Positions 39,532-49,254 of a stretch of DNA of 64,000 nt are shown here, in pieces. Within the stretch, counting starts at the first letter, position 1. The number at the start of each line of letters is the position of its first letter. Both the position numbers and the translations under genes were made by a program. The notes under the pieces were generated by a model, which saw nothing but the letters and a program-made list of their open reading frames with translations, was not told the DNA's origin and ran no database searches. The stretch lies in assembly GCA_963771355.1 (NCBI GenBank), contig CAVYTA010000006.1, forward strand, positions 608,001 through 672,000. The letters are read 5' to 3'. The stretch is from an uncultured Candidatus Rokubacteria bacterium (GTDB taxonomy: Bacteria; Methylomirabilota; Methylomirabilia; Rokubacteriales; CSP1-6).

Positions 39532-41030
39532 GCCCTGGGCGCCATCTGCTTCTCGATGAGCGCGGCGTGGCGCTCCCGCTGGCGATGATCGTCCTGGTGG
39601 CCCTCACCATGATGGTCTTGGCCTCCCTCACGCTGGCCGGCGTAGAGCCGCAGATCTCCCAGAACCTCACCGACACCGCCCGGGCCCGCTACCTGGCGGA
39701 GTCGGGTGTGGAGTGGGCGTTCAGGCAGCTAGCGGCCTCGCCGGTGGAGGGCGCGTCCCCGTACTTCGCCGCGAGCCTGCTGACGGGTCCCGACGGCCGG
39801 CAGAACACCGCCGACGACCAGCAGCCGACCGGCGTGCCGGGCCAGAACACTGCGGCCATGCTGACGACGCTGGGCGCCCCCAGCCCGCTCCCCACCAGGA
39901 CCCTCGCGGAGGGGACGTACGCGGTGACGGTGCGGAACGACAACCTGGCCAACGACGACAGGTTCACCGGCATCGCGGTGGACTCCGGAGGGCAATTCAC
40001 CGACGACAACGGCATCGTCATCGTGACCTCCACCGGACGGTTCCGTGGCGCCACCCGCACCGTCCAGGTGGCGGTCAAGCGCATCAGCATCCCGTCCTTC
40101 CCGGGCGCGGTGAACCTTGCCGGAGTCCGCGCCGATACCTTCCTCGGCGGCAACGTGAATGCCGGCAACGCGAGCCGCTACGACATCGATGGGCGCGACT
40201 ACGACCGGAGCGGTACCCGGCAGGCCGCGAACCCGAACAAGCTGGGCATCCAGGTGCAGCCGGGCACGCCGGCCGACCTGGGAATCTCTTACGAGGCCCG
40301 CGTGGAGCAGCCCTTCGACGATGCCGGCATCTGCACCGACGGCGACTGCAGCCCCGTCACCAAGGCCGCCAACCAGGCCGCCCGGCTCGGCATCGTCAAG
40401 GGCAAGGATCAGACCACGGGCACCGAAGCCACCGGCGCGAGCGCCATCGGCCCGGATGGGGCGCTGACGCCGGCGAGCATGTCGCGGTTCCTGTCCGAGG
40501 TCGCCTCGAATCCGGCGACCCAGACTCTTCGGAGCACTCCGGCTTGCCCGACGGTGATGACGGGGGGGACCAGCAGCGCCAGCACCACGCCCACGATCAC
40601 CAGCGGGTGCGGGCCGAGCCAGACCGTGAACCTGGGCACCACCTCGGACCCCAAGCTGGTCTATGTCCGCGGGGAGCCGGCCACCGGCTCGTCGTTCGCG
40701 GCGTTGACCCTGAGCAACATGATCCAGGGCGCCGGCATCCTGATCGTCGAGGACGGGGCGCTGCAGCAGTCCGGAACCCTGCGCTGGGATGGGCTGGTGA
40801 TCGTGACCGGCCGGTACGTGTCGGCCGCCTTCCGCTCGGGTAGCCACACCACGATCTACGGGGCGCTCACGGGCATGGAGTCCCTGCCGGACGACTCCGG
40901 CGGATCCTTCGACTTCTTCCTCGACGACAACATCGACTTCCGCGTGCGAGCGAGCAAGCAGAACCTCGACATGGTTCAACAGATGCTCTCCGTGCACAAG
41001 ATCCTTACCTGGCGCGAGAGCCCGGGGTGA
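39528..41030 (+). CDS. PilX-like minor pilin with large C-terminal domain
   Basis: ERG|VALPLAMIVL (no E5), ARYLAESG, C-terminal LTWRE. Confidence 0.8.
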   Translation: MSPGRHLLLDERGVALPLAMIVLVALTMMVLASLTLAGVEPQISQNLTDTARARYLAESGVEWAFRQLAASPVEGASPYFAASLLTGPDGRQNTADDQQPTGVPGQNTAAMLTTLGAPSPLPTRTLAEGTYAVTVRNDNLANDDRFTGIAVDSGGQFTDDNGIVIVTSTGRFRGATRTVQVAVKRISIPSFPGAVNLAGVRADTFLGGNVNAGNASRYDIDGRDYDRSGTRQAANPNKLGIQVQPGTPADLGISYEARVEQPFDDAGICTDGDCSPVTKAANQAARLGIVKGKDQTTGTEATGASAIGPDGALTPASMSRFLSEVASNPATQTLRSTPACPTVMTGGTSSASTTPTITSGCGPSQTVNLGTTSDPKLVYVRGEPATGSSFAALTLSNMIQGAGILIVEDGALQQSGTLRWDGLVIVTGRYVSAAFRSGSHTTIYGALTGMESLPDDSGGSFDFFLDDNIDFRVRASKQNLDMVQQMLSVHKILTWRESPG

Positions 41031-41037
41031 GACGAGG

Positions 41038-41451
41038 CTAGCGGCGCAGCGCGAGGGCGCCCGGACCGAGGAAGACCTGGGCGAGGGTGGCGGCGAGGAC
41101 CAGCATCACGTACTCGTACCCCTCACCCCGGCCGACGAAGAATCCGTGCTTGAGATGCACCAGGAAGAACGCCCCCGCCATGATCGGCAGGTTGGCGAGC
41201 GCGGCCCATCGCGTGAACAAGCCGAGGATGAGCAGCGCGCCGCCCAGGCCGTGGGCGACGATGAGATACCAGGCGCCGATCTCGGGGACGGGCAGCCCCA
41301 GGCTGTGCTGGAAGGCGGTGGTCCCCCGCGGCCCCATGACCACGAGGGCGTGGTACGCGTGCATGAGAAAGATCACGCCGAGCGTGATCCGGAGAATGGT
41401 GGCGCCGTAGCTTTCCAGGGAGACCGAGGGGCCGGCACCGCCCTTGGCCAA
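41038..41451 (-). CDS. DoxX family membrane protein
   Basis: LRITLGVIFLMH, LGLFTR.AAL, GYEY and GPGALAL. Confidence 0.9.
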   Translation of the reverse strand: MAKGGAGPSVSLESYGATILRITLGVIFLMHAYHALVVMGPRGTTAFQHSLGLPVPEIGAWYLIVAHGLGGALLILGLFTRWAALANLPIMAGAFFLVHLKHGFFVGRGEGYEYVMLVLAATLAQVFLGPGALALRR

Positions 41452-41461
41452 GGGGAGCCGG

Positions 41462-42136
41462 TCAGGGCTTCTTGAAGAGGATCTCGCCGACGTATGACTC
41501 GGCGGAGGACTTGGTGTCGTTGGAATCGATGGCGACGGACACGGCGCCCAGCGGCTCGGTCAGCGCCTCGCCGTAGATCTTCTGGTAGTCGTCGCAGACA
41601 TTCCGGCTCTCGGTGAACCACTTCCCCAGCCCGTCCGGGCCCGACCGCATCACCACGTACGTCACCGTCCCCGTCTTCTCGCTGCGCGCGATGGTGCCGA
41701 CGGGCGCGGTCGTGTCCCAGACATATCCGATGATGCGTGAGCGCACTGCTTGCGGAAAGCGCGGGAAGGTGAGGTAGATCTGGACGGCCTGATCGTCGGT
41801 CTCCTTCTTGCGCGAGTCGGCGCCCTTGGGCAGAACCACTGCCTTCCAGCGCCACTGCAGCACGCAGGTCGGCTTGAGATCGAGCTTGAGCTCCTTGTTG
41901 ATGGTGGAGCCTTCGTTCTGGCTCTTCATGTGGAGCACTTTCGCCGGACCGTCGGCCTCGATGACGAAGTCGTACTTCGGGCTGCCCCAGTTCTGTACCT
42001 GCCAGCCATCGGGGATGCCGGTCTTGCCTACGGCCTGCTTGGACCAGTCCTCGACGACGGTGTTTCCCTGCGCGGCGGCCAGGGAAGCGGCGGCGAGTCC
42101 GAGCACGGCGATCAGGGCGAGGGTCTGGCGCGTCAT
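41462..42136 (-). CDS. Secreted DUF3047-like protein
   Basis: Signal peptide; LQWRWK, KETDD, IIGYVWD, RNVCDDY and DSNDT. Confidence 0.8.
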   Translation of the reverse strand: MTRQTLALIAVLGLAAASLAAAQGNTVVEDWSKQAVGKTGIPDGWQVQNWGSPKYDFVIEADGPAKVLHMKSQNEGSTINKELKLDLKPTCVLQWRWKAVVLPKGADSRKKETDDQAVQIYLTFPRFPQAVRSRIIGYVWDTTAPVGTIARSEKTGTVTYVVMRSGPDGLGKWFTESRNVCDDYQKIYGEALTEPLGAVSVAIDSNDTKSSAESYVGEILFKKP

Positions 42137-42258
42137 GGTCTCAAATAGGATAACCGAGGGGCTGGCGAGATGTTCCCCGTTTTCCGCGCCGTCCCCCGGA
42201 AAATCTCCACCGCGCCTGGATCGGTCATGCGCGGCCCCTGTGCTAGTGTAATTCTGCG

Positions 42259-42624
42259 ATGGACGGCGAGCGCCTCGACAAATGGCTCTGGGCGGCGCGC
42301 TTCTACAAGAGCCGCACCCTGGCCGCGGCGGCTTGCGGTGGCGGCAAGGTGGACGTGAACGAGCAGGCGGCCAAGCCCGCCCGGCTGGTGCGCCCCGGCG
42401 ATCTCCTGCACATCACCCGGCGGGACGACCGCCGCATCGTGCGGATCGTGGCCCTGACCGTGCGGCGGGGTAAAGGAGCCGACGCCGCGCTGCTGTACAC
42501 CGACCTGACCCCACCGCCCGCTCCCCGAAGCGAGCGGCTGCTCCCCGCCGTGTATCGACCGCGGGGCGCGGGACGGCCGACCAAGCGCGAGCGCCGGCTC
42601 CTGGAGCGGATCACCCGCCGGTGA
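42259..42624 (+). CDS. hslR: S4-domain ribosome-associated heat shock protein Hsp15
   Basis: RLDKWLWAARFYKSRTLA..GRPTKRERR. Confidence 0.92.
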   Translation: MDGERLDKWLWAARFYKSRTLAAAACGGGKVDVNEQAAKPARLVRPGDLLHITRRDDRRIVRIVALTVRRGKGADAALLYTDLTPPPAPRSERLLPAVYRPRGAGRPTKRERRLLERITRR

Positions 42625-44609
42625 CGGTCCCCGATCGCGCGCTCCCGCCACGGGTGTCGCTGCTCCTGTTCCTCCTCGTCGTCGCCAGCACCTTCGTCGC
42701 CTTCGTGCCCACGCTCGGGGCGGGCTTCGTCAACTGGGACGACGACGTGAACTTCATCACCAATCCGGGCTTTCGCGGCCTGGGCGCGGACAATCTCCGG
42801 TGGATGTTCACGACTCCGCTGCTCGGACACTGGATCCCCCTGACCTGGCTCACCCTGGGTGCGAACTATGCCGTGGGCGGCATGAACCCCACCGGCTATC
42901 ACCTCGTCAATGTCCTCGTGCACGCGATGGCGGCCGGCGTCTTCTTCCTCGTGGCCCGCCGGCTTCTGGGCGTGGCCTTCGGCGCCCCGGCGGGCTGGCC
43001 CGTCGCGCTGGGGGCCGCGCTCACCGCGCTCGTCTTCGGCGTGCACCCGCTCCGCGTGGAGTCGGTGGCCTGGATCACCGAGCGCCGCGACGTCCTGTGC
43101 ACGCTCTTCTATCTGCTGGCGGTGTGGGCCTACCTGCGGGGTGTCGAGGGCGGACCGGCGGGCGAGCGAGTCCTCGCGGGGCGCTGGCGGGTGCTGGCGA
43201 TCGCGGCCTTCGTCGCCTCGCTCACCTCCAAGTCCATGTCCATGACCCTGCCCGCGACGCTGGTGCTCCTCGACGTCTATCCGCTGAGGCGGCTCGGCCT
43301 GGGCTGGCGGCGGCTGGCGTGGGAGAAGCTCCCCTTCGCGCTCCTCGGCGCCGCGGCGGGCGTGGGCGCGCTCCTGTCGGTGAGTCGCGGGGCAACCTGG
43401 ACGGGCTTCGACGAGTACAGTGTCCCCGCGCGGGTGGCGATGACCGCCTATAGCTTCTGGTTCTACCCGTGGAAATTCGCCTGGCCCGCCGGGCTGTCCC
43501 CGCTCTACGAGCTGCCGGCCCGAGTGGAGCCCCTCGCCCTGCGCTTTCTTGGTCCGCTCCTGGTGGTGCCGGCGGTCACGCTGGCGCTGGTGCTCCTGCG
43601 CCGCCGGTGGCCGGCAGGACTTGCCGCGTGGACCCACTCTCTCATCGTGCTCCTGCCGGTGAGCGGCTTCGCGCACTCGGGCTATCAGCTCGCGCATGAT
43701 CGCTATAGCTATCTCTCCGGCCTCGGCCTGGCGCTGCTCGTGGGCGGTGGCCTCACCGGGACCCTCCGCATGCGCGCGGCCGGGCGCGTGGGGCGGCCCA
43801 TCACCGCGGCGCTGGTGGCCGCCACCGTCCTCGTGGTGGCAGGGCTGGGCGTCGGGACCTGGCAGCAGAGCCGAGCCTGGCACGACTCCGAGAGCCTGTG
43901 GCGCAGTGCCATCGACGCGGATCCCACCTGCATGCTCTGCTACAACAACCTCGGCCACGCCCTGCTGGCGGCGAGCCGGCATCGCGAGGGCGAGGCCCTG
44001 TTCCGCCAGGCCATCGCGTTGCGGCCGGAGCGCGCCGGGCCCTGGAACAATCTCGGCACCGCGCTGGCGCTGCAGCAGCGCTACGAAGAGGCCGAGGGGC
44101 CCTACACGCGCGCGCTGGAGCTGTCGGGGGGGCGGCTCCGCGACGCGGTGGCCAATCTCGGCCGGCTCCGCGTCGTGCAGGGGCGCTATGTCGAGGCCAT
44201 TCCGCTGCTCCGTCGCGCCAATGCGCTGAAGCCCGGCAATCCCGAGGTGGTGGAGAGCTTCCGCCTCGCGCTGAAGAATCAGGGGTACGCGCTCGCCTCC
44301 GCCGGACGACCCGCCGACGCCGAGACGCTGTTCCGGGAGGGGCTCGACCTCCTGGGTGACGACGCGGACCTCTTCCTCAACCTCGGCCGCTCCCGGCTCG
44401 ACCAGAGCCGCCCGGCCGACGCGGTGGGTCCGCTCGAGCGCGCGGTGCAGATGAAGCCGCGCAATCCGCACGCGCGGATGTGGCTGGCGCGCGCCTACGC
44501 GCGGGCGGGCGCGCCGGATCGGGCGGGGGCCGAGCTGGAAGCCTTGGCCTCCCTGGATGCCACGCTCGCCGATCGGGTGAAGGCCGAGCTCGGCGTGCGC
44601 GGCCGGTAG
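42621..44609 (+). CDS. TMTC-like GT-C membrane glycosyltransferase with TPR repeats
   Basis: FVNWDD, YHLVNVLVH, HPLRVESVAWITERRD, DRYSYL, then TPR repeats. Confidence 0.85.
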   Translation: MTVPDRALPPRVSLLLFLLVVASTFVAFVPTLGAGFVNWDDDVNFITNPGFRGLGADNLRWMFTTPLLGHWIPLTWLTLGANYAVGGMNPTGYHLVNVLVHAMAAGVFFLVARRLLGVAFGAPAGWPVALGAALTALVFGVHPLRVESVAWITERRDVLCTLFYLLAVWAYLRGVEGGPAGERVLAGRWRVLAIAAFVASLTSKSMSMTLPATLVLLDVYPLRRLGLGWRRLAWEKLPFALLGAAAGVGALLSVSRGATWTGFDEYSVPARVAMTAYSFWFYPWKFAWPAGLSPLYELPARVEPLALRFLGPLLVVPAVTLALVLLRRRWPAGLAAWTHSLIVLLPVSGFAHSGYQLAHDRYSYLSGLGLALLVGGGLTGTLRMRAAGRVGRPITAALVAATVLVVAGLGVGTWQQSRAWHDSESLWRSAIDADPTCMLCYNNLGHALLAASRHREGEALFRQAIALRPERAGPWNNLGTALALQQRYEEAEGPYTRALELSGGRLRDAVANLGRLRVVQGRYVEAIPLLRRANALKPGNPEVVESFRLALKNQGYALASAGRPADAETLFREGLDLLGDDADLFLNLGRSRLDQSRPADAVGPLERAVQMKPRNPHARMWLARAYARAGAPDRAGAELEALASLDATLADRVKAELGVRGR

Positions 44610-44618
44610 GCGGCGCGC

Positions 44619-44647
44619 TTGCGCTGTCCCACCGACTTTGCTACGGT
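44619..44647 (+). promoter_or_regulatory. Sigma70-type promoter for the riboswitch-cob operon
   Basis: TTGCGC-N17-TACGGT with extended TG. Confidence 0.5.
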
Positions 44648-44660
44648 CGGGGGCGAACAC

Positions 44661-44830
44661 GGAGTTCGGGGCGCCCGCGCGGACGCGGGCCCACCGGGAA
44701 GGCGGTGCGAATCCGCCGCGACCCCGTCACTGTAATCGGGGACGAAACCCACGGTAGAGCCACTGGCCGCGACCGCCGCGGCCGGGAAGGCGTGGGGAGT
44801 AGGACGATCCGAGAGCCAGGAGACCGACCC
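44661..44830 (+). ncRNA. Cobalamin riboswitch 1
   Basis: GGGAA-GGCGGTGCGAATCCGCC, CCCCGTCACTGTAA, GCCACTG..GGGAAGG and AGCCAGGAGACC (B12 box); upstream of cobU. Confidence 0.93.
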
Positions 44831-44876
44831 GGACTCCCGTCGTACCTGTACCGGTCTTCGAGGGAGGGTCCGGGCC

Positions 44877-45464
44877 ACGCCTCGCTTTCTCTCCCACCTG
44901 ATCCTCGGTGGGGCGCGTAGCGGCAAGAGCCGGTACGCCCTCGACCTGTCCCGTGCGTTCAGCGGCCCCGTCGCCTTCGTGGCCACCGCGGAGGCACGGG
45001 ACGAAGACATGACGGCCCGCATCGCGCGACACCGCGCGGAGCGGCCCGCCGGCTGGCAGACCATCGAGGAGCCGCTCGACCTCGTCGACGCATGCCGAAA
45101 GGCGGCGGGGCGCGCGACGCTCGTGCTCGTCGATTGCCTGACCCTCTGGATCGCCAATCGTCTGCTGGCCGGCCATACCGACGGGGCCATGCTCGGGGGC
45201 GCCCGCGACCTTGCCGACTGGCTGAGCGAGGGACCCGCCGGGGTCCTGCTCGTCTCCAACGAGGTCGGCGCCGGTGTGGTGCCCTCCACCGCGGACGGCG
45301 GGCGTTTCCGGGACCTCCTCGGCCAGGTGAACCAGATCGTCGCGGCGCGTGCCGACCGTGTGACGCTCATGGTGGCCGGCATTCCCACCGTCATCAAGGC
45401 CGAGGCCGCCCTCACCCCCGAGCCCCTTGGAGTCACGCGTGCCGAGCATCCTCACGCGCCTTGA
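44877..45464 (+). CDS. cobU: Adenosylcobinamide kinase/guanylyltransferase; non-canonical start (ACG 44877 or CTG 44898)
   Basis: LILGGARSGKSRYA lies upstream of the track's GTG start; ATAEARDEDM.ARIARHR, DCLTLW and SNEVG. Confidence 0.92.
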   Translation, partial: TPRFLSHLILGGARSGKSRYALDLSRAFSGPVAFVATAEARDEDMTARIARHRAERPAGWQTIEEPLDLVDACRKAAGRATLVLVDCLTLWIANRLLAGHTDGAMLGGARDLADWLSEGPAGVLLVSNEVGAGVVPSTADGGRFRDLLGQVNQIVAARADRVTLMVAGIPTVIKAEAALTPEPLGVTRAEHPHAP

Positions 45465-46494
45465 CGCGATCGTGCCGCCCGACGGGGAGATGGGCGTCCT
45501 CGCCCAGCGCCGCCTGGATCAGCTCACCAAGCCTCCGGGAAGCCTGGGGCGGCTCGAGGAGCTCGCCCGCGATCTCTGCCTCATGACGGGGCAGTGCCCG
45601 CCCCCGGTGCGCCACGCGGTCATCTTCACTCTGGCGGGCGACCACGGCGTGGTCGCCGAGGGCGTCAGCGCATATCCGCAAGTGGTTACGGCCCAGATGG
45701 TCGAGAACTTTCTCAACGGCGGCGCCGCCGTCAATGTGCTCGCCCGGCACGTGGGGGCCCGGGTGGTGGTGGCCGACTTCGGTATCGCCGGGCCCGTGAT
45801 GGATCGGCCCGGGCTGCAGCAGCGGCGCGTCGCCTCCGGTACCGCCAATCTCGCCCGCGGACCCGCGCTCACCCGCGGCCAGGCGCTCGCGGCCCTCGAG
45901 GCCGGGGCGGCCCTGGTCGACGATGAGCGGCCGCGCGGGCTGGATCTCATCGGCACCGGCGAGATGGGAATCGGCAACACAACGGCGGCCAGCGCGGTGA
46001 CGGCCGCCATCACCGGGCTGGCCGCCGAGGTGGTGACCGGCCGCGGCACCGGGGTGGACGACGCGACCTGGCGGCGGAAGGCCGACGTGGTGGCGCGCGG
46101 CCTGGACGTCAATCGGCCCGATGCCGACGACGGCCTGGACGTGCTCATCAAGGTCGGGGGGCTCGAGATCGCGGGCCTGGTGGGGGTCATCCTGGCCGGG
46201 GCGGCCCGGCGGATCCCGGTCGTCCTCGACGGCTTCATCGCGGGGGCGGCGGCCCTGGCGGCGGTCGCGCTGAAGCCCGAGGCCCGGCACTATCTCATCG
46301 CCGCCCATCGATCGGTGGAGCCCGGGCACCGCCATGTGCTGGCGGCGCTGGGACTCACGCCGTATCTGGACCTCGGCATGCGGCTGGGCGAGGGGACGGG
46401 GGCGGCGCTGGGCATCGGGCTCGCCCGCGCGGCGGCGGCCCTTCTCTCCGAGATGGCGACCTTCAAGTCCGCCGGCGTCTCCGACCGCTCATGA
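45439..46494 (+). CDS. cobT: Nicotinate-nucleotide-dimethylbenzimidazole phosphoribosyltransferase
   Basis: LTKPPGSLGRLE, GEMGIGNTT and MRLGEGTGA. Confidence 0.96.
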   Translation: MPSILTRLDAIVPPDGEMGVLAQRRLDQLTKPPGSLGRLEELARDLCLMTGQCPPPVRHAVIFTLAGDHGVVAEGVSAYPQVVTAQMVENFLNGGAAVNVLARHVGARVVVADFGIAGPVMDRPGLQQRRVASGTANLARGPALTRGQALAALEAGAALVDDERPRGLDLIGTGEMGIGNTTAASAVTAAITGLAAEVVTGRGTGVDDATWRRKADVVARGLDVNRPDADDGLDVLIKVGGLEIAGLVGVILAGAARRIPVVLDGFIAGAAALAAVALKPEARHYLIAAHRSVEPGHRHVLAALGLTPYLDLGMRLGEGTGAALGIGLARAAAALLSEMATFKSAGVSDRS

Positions 46495-47390
46495 GTCGCC
46501 TGGCCGGGATGGTCGCGCTCGCGATGCTCGCGCTGGCGCCGGCGGCGACGGTCGCGGCGCTCACGGTGACCGACCAGACCGGACGCACGGTGACCCTCGC
46601 CGCGGCGCCGCGGCGCATCGTCTCCCTGGTTCCCGGCGTGACCGAGATGCTGTTCGTGATCGGGGCCGAGGAGCGGCTGATCGGCGTCACGGACTTCTGC
46701 GACTTTCCGGCGGCGGCGCGCCGGAAACACCGGGTGGGCAGCATGCTCGCGCCCAGCCTCGAGACGGTGGTGGCGCTCCAGCCGGATCTCGTGGTAGCCA
46801 CGGATTCCGGCAACAGCGACGAGACGCGCGTACAGCTCGAGCGCCTCCGGCTCCCGGTGTATCTGGTCAGTCCCCGGGGGATCGCCGACGTGTTCCGCAC
46901 CATGGAGCAGCTCGGCGCGCTGACCGGACAGAGCGCGCGCGCCGCCGAGGCGGTGGCCGGCCTGCAGCGCCGAGTGCGGGCGGTGGTGGAGCGCGTGGCC
47001 ACGCGGCCGCGGCCGCGGGTCCTCTACGTGGTCTGGCCCGAGCCCCTGATCGTGCCCGGGCGCGGCGCCGCGGTCTCCGAGCTGATCGAGCTCGCCGGGG
47101 GCGCGTCGGTGACCGCGGACGCCGCCGAGGGGTACCCGCGCTGGAGCGTGGAGGCGGCGGTGGCCGGGGCGCCCCAGGTGATCGTGCTGGCACGGCACGG
47201 CGCGGGAATCGGCCCCGTGTCACGCGACAAATGGGAGCGCTTCGCCGGGCTCCCCGCCATCCGGACGGGACGCATCCACAACGTGGACGGCGATCTCTTC
47301 CACCGGTTCGGGCCTCGCGTGGTGGACGCGCTCGAGATTCTCGCCCGGCTCGTGCATCCCGAGGCCTTCGCCGAGCGAGGGCGCCGGTGA
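46491..47390 (+). CDS. btuF: Cobalamin-binding periplasmic protein
   Basis: RIVSLVPGVTEMLF, GVTDFCDFP, RFGPRVVDA; operon context. Confidence 0.88.
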   Translation: MSRLAGMVALAMLALAPAATVAALTVTDQTGRTVTLAAAPRRIVSLVPGVTEMLFVIGAEERLIGVTDFCDFPAAARRKHRVGSMLAPSLETVVALQPDLVVATDSGNSDETRVQLERLRLPVYLVSPRGIADVFRTMEQLGALTGQSARAAEAVAGLQRRVRAVVERVATRPRPRVLYVVWPEPLIVPGRGAAVSELIELAGGASVTADAAEGYPRWSVEAAVAGAPQVIVLARHGAGIGPVSRDKWERFAGLPAIRTGRIHNVDGDLFHRFGPRVVDALEILARLVHPEAFAERGRR

Positions 47391-48406
47391 GCCCCGGCGC
47401 TCGCCTCGCCGTGGTGGTCGCCGGAATGGGCTGCGTGCTCGTGGCCGCCGCGCTGGGCGCGCTCTTCGTGGGGAGCGCCGGGGTCTCGCCCGGCTCGGTG
47501 GTGGCCGTGCTGCTCGGGCGCGAGCTGCCCGAGCCGGTCGCGCGCGTGGTGGTGCTGGATCTGCGCTTGCCGCGCATCGCGGTGGCGGTGCTCGCCGGCG
47601 GCGCTCTCGCGGTGGCGGGCGCGAGTCTCCAGGCGTTGACGCGAAATCCGCTCGCCGAGCCCTCGGTGCTCGGGGTCTCGAGCGGGGCGGCCTTCGGGGT
47701 GGTGACGGGCCAGCTCTTCGGGCTCGGCTCCAGCATGCTGGACTCGCTCGGCCTCACCGTCTTCGCCTTCGCGGGCGCCTTCGTGGCCGGCGGCGCCGTC
47801 TACCTCATCGCGGCGCGCGCGGGCGGGTTGCCCGTCCACTCCCTCCTGCTGGCGGGGGTCATCGTGGGCATCTTCTTCTCGTCCGCGATCACGGTGCTGA
47901 TCTCGCTGGTGGACACCAACCGGCTGGGCGGGATCATCCAGTGGCTGCTGGGCAATGTCGTGCCGGTGGCGCCGGGGGCCCTGGCCGTCTTCGCCCTGGT
48001 CGCGGTGGCCGGATTCGCGCTGATCCTCGCCGATGCGCGCCGGCTCAACCTCCTCGCCCTGGGGGAGGACGCCGCGCGAGAGCTGGGAGTGGATGCGCTG
48101 GCGGTGAAGCGCCGGATCTTCGCGGGGGCGGCCCTGCTCGTCTCCGCGGTGGTGGCCTTCGCGGGGCCCATCGGCTTCGTGGGGCTGATCGTGCCGCATG
48201 CGGCGCGGATGCTGCTGGGCCCGGACAACCGGTTGCTGCTTCCCGCCGCCGCGATGGGGGGCGGCCTCTTCCTGCTGGTCGCCGACACTCTGGCTCGGAA
48301 TGTGGTGGCGCCCGCGGAGCTGTCCGTCGGCGTCCTGACCTCGTTCTGCGGCGCGCCGTTCTTCGTCTACCTGCTGCGAACCCGCACCACGCTGGCCGAG
48401 CCATGA
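47387..48406 (+). CDS. btuC: Cobalamin ABC permease (FecCD family)
   Basis: LRLPR, RNPLAEP..GVSSGA and GFVGLIVPH. Confidence 0.88.
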   Translation: MSPGARLAVVVAGMGCVLVAAALGALFVGSAGVSPGSVVAVLLGRELPEPVARVVVLDLRLPRIAVAVLAGGALAVAGASLQALTRNPLAEPSVLGVSSGAAFGVVTGQLFGLGSSMLDSLGLTVFAFAGAFVAGGAVYLIAARAGGLPVHSLLLAGVIVGIFFSSAITVLISLVDTNRLGGIIQWLLGNVVPVAPGALAVFALVAVAGFALILADARRLNLLALGEDAARELGVDALAVKRRIFAGAALLVSAVVAFAGPIGFVGLIVPHAARMLLGPDNRLLLPAAAMGGGLFLLVADTLARNVVAPAELSVGVLTSFCGAPFFVYLLRTRTTLAEP

Positions 48407-49236
48407 GCACCGTGGCCGAGCTCCGGGCGGTGGGCTTCGAGTATCCCGGGGCCCGGGTGGCCGCGCGCGCGCGGGATCCCTTCTCGCTGTCCGAGGTATC
48501 CCTGGCGGTGGGGCCCGGCGAGATCGTGGGGGTGATCGGCCCCAATGCCTCGGGCAAGACCACCCTGATCCGGCTGCTCTCCGGGCTGCTGCGGCCCACG
48601 CGCGGCGAGATCCTGCTCGAGGGCCAGCCGCTGGCCCGGCTGACGCGGGCGGCGGTGGCCACGCGGGTGGGGGTGGTGCCGCAGGACGTGCCGCGCGACT
48701 TTCCCTACACGGTGGAGCAGCTGGTTCTCATGGGGCGGTTTCCGCACGCCCCCGGCCGGTTCTTCGAGAGCGCCGTCGACCGGCGCATTGCCGCCGAAGC
48801 CATGGCGCTGGTCGGGGTGCGCGCCCTGGCCGCCGAGCGCTGCGACCGGCTCTCCGGCGGCGAGCGACAGCGCGTCATGCTGGCGCGGGCGCTGGCGCAG
48901 GAGCCGCGGCTGCTCGTGCTCGACGAGCCGACCGCCCATCTCGACCTGCGCTACCAGGTCGAGTGCGTCGGGCTGCTCCGCCGGCTCAACGCGGAGCGGG
49001 GACTTTCCGTGGTCGTGGTCTCGCACGACCTCGATCTCGCCGGGCATCTGTGCCACCGCCTGCTCCTCTTGTCCGAGGGCCGGGCGGTGCGGCAGGGCCC
49101 TCCGGACGTGGTCCTGGAACCGGCGGCGCTCGAGGCCGCGTATCAGTGTCCGGTCACCGTCGAGCGGCATCCCGTCACCGGACGCCCGAGCGTCCACGTC
49201 GTCTGGCCGGATCCGGCGACGACGAGGGGGAGGTGA
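48403..49236 (+). CDS. btuD: Cobalamin ABC ATPase
   Basis: GPNASGKTT, LSGGERQR and DEPTAHLD. Confidence 0.86.
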   Translation: MSTVAELRAVGFEYPGARVAARARDPFSLSEVSLAVGPGEIVGVIGPNASGKTTLIRLLSGLLRPTRGEILLEGQPLARLTRAAVATRVGVVPQDVPRDFPYTVEQLVLMGRFPHAPGRFFESAVDRRIAAEAMALVGVRALAAERCDRLSGGERQRVMLARALAQEPRLLVLDEPTAHLDLRYQVECVGLLRRLNAERGLSVVVVSHDLDLAGHLCHRLLLLSEGRAVRQGPPDVVLEPAALEAAYQCPVTVERHPVTGRPSVHVVWPDPATTRGR

Positions 49237-49254
49237 GGCCCGGCCCGCGATCCA

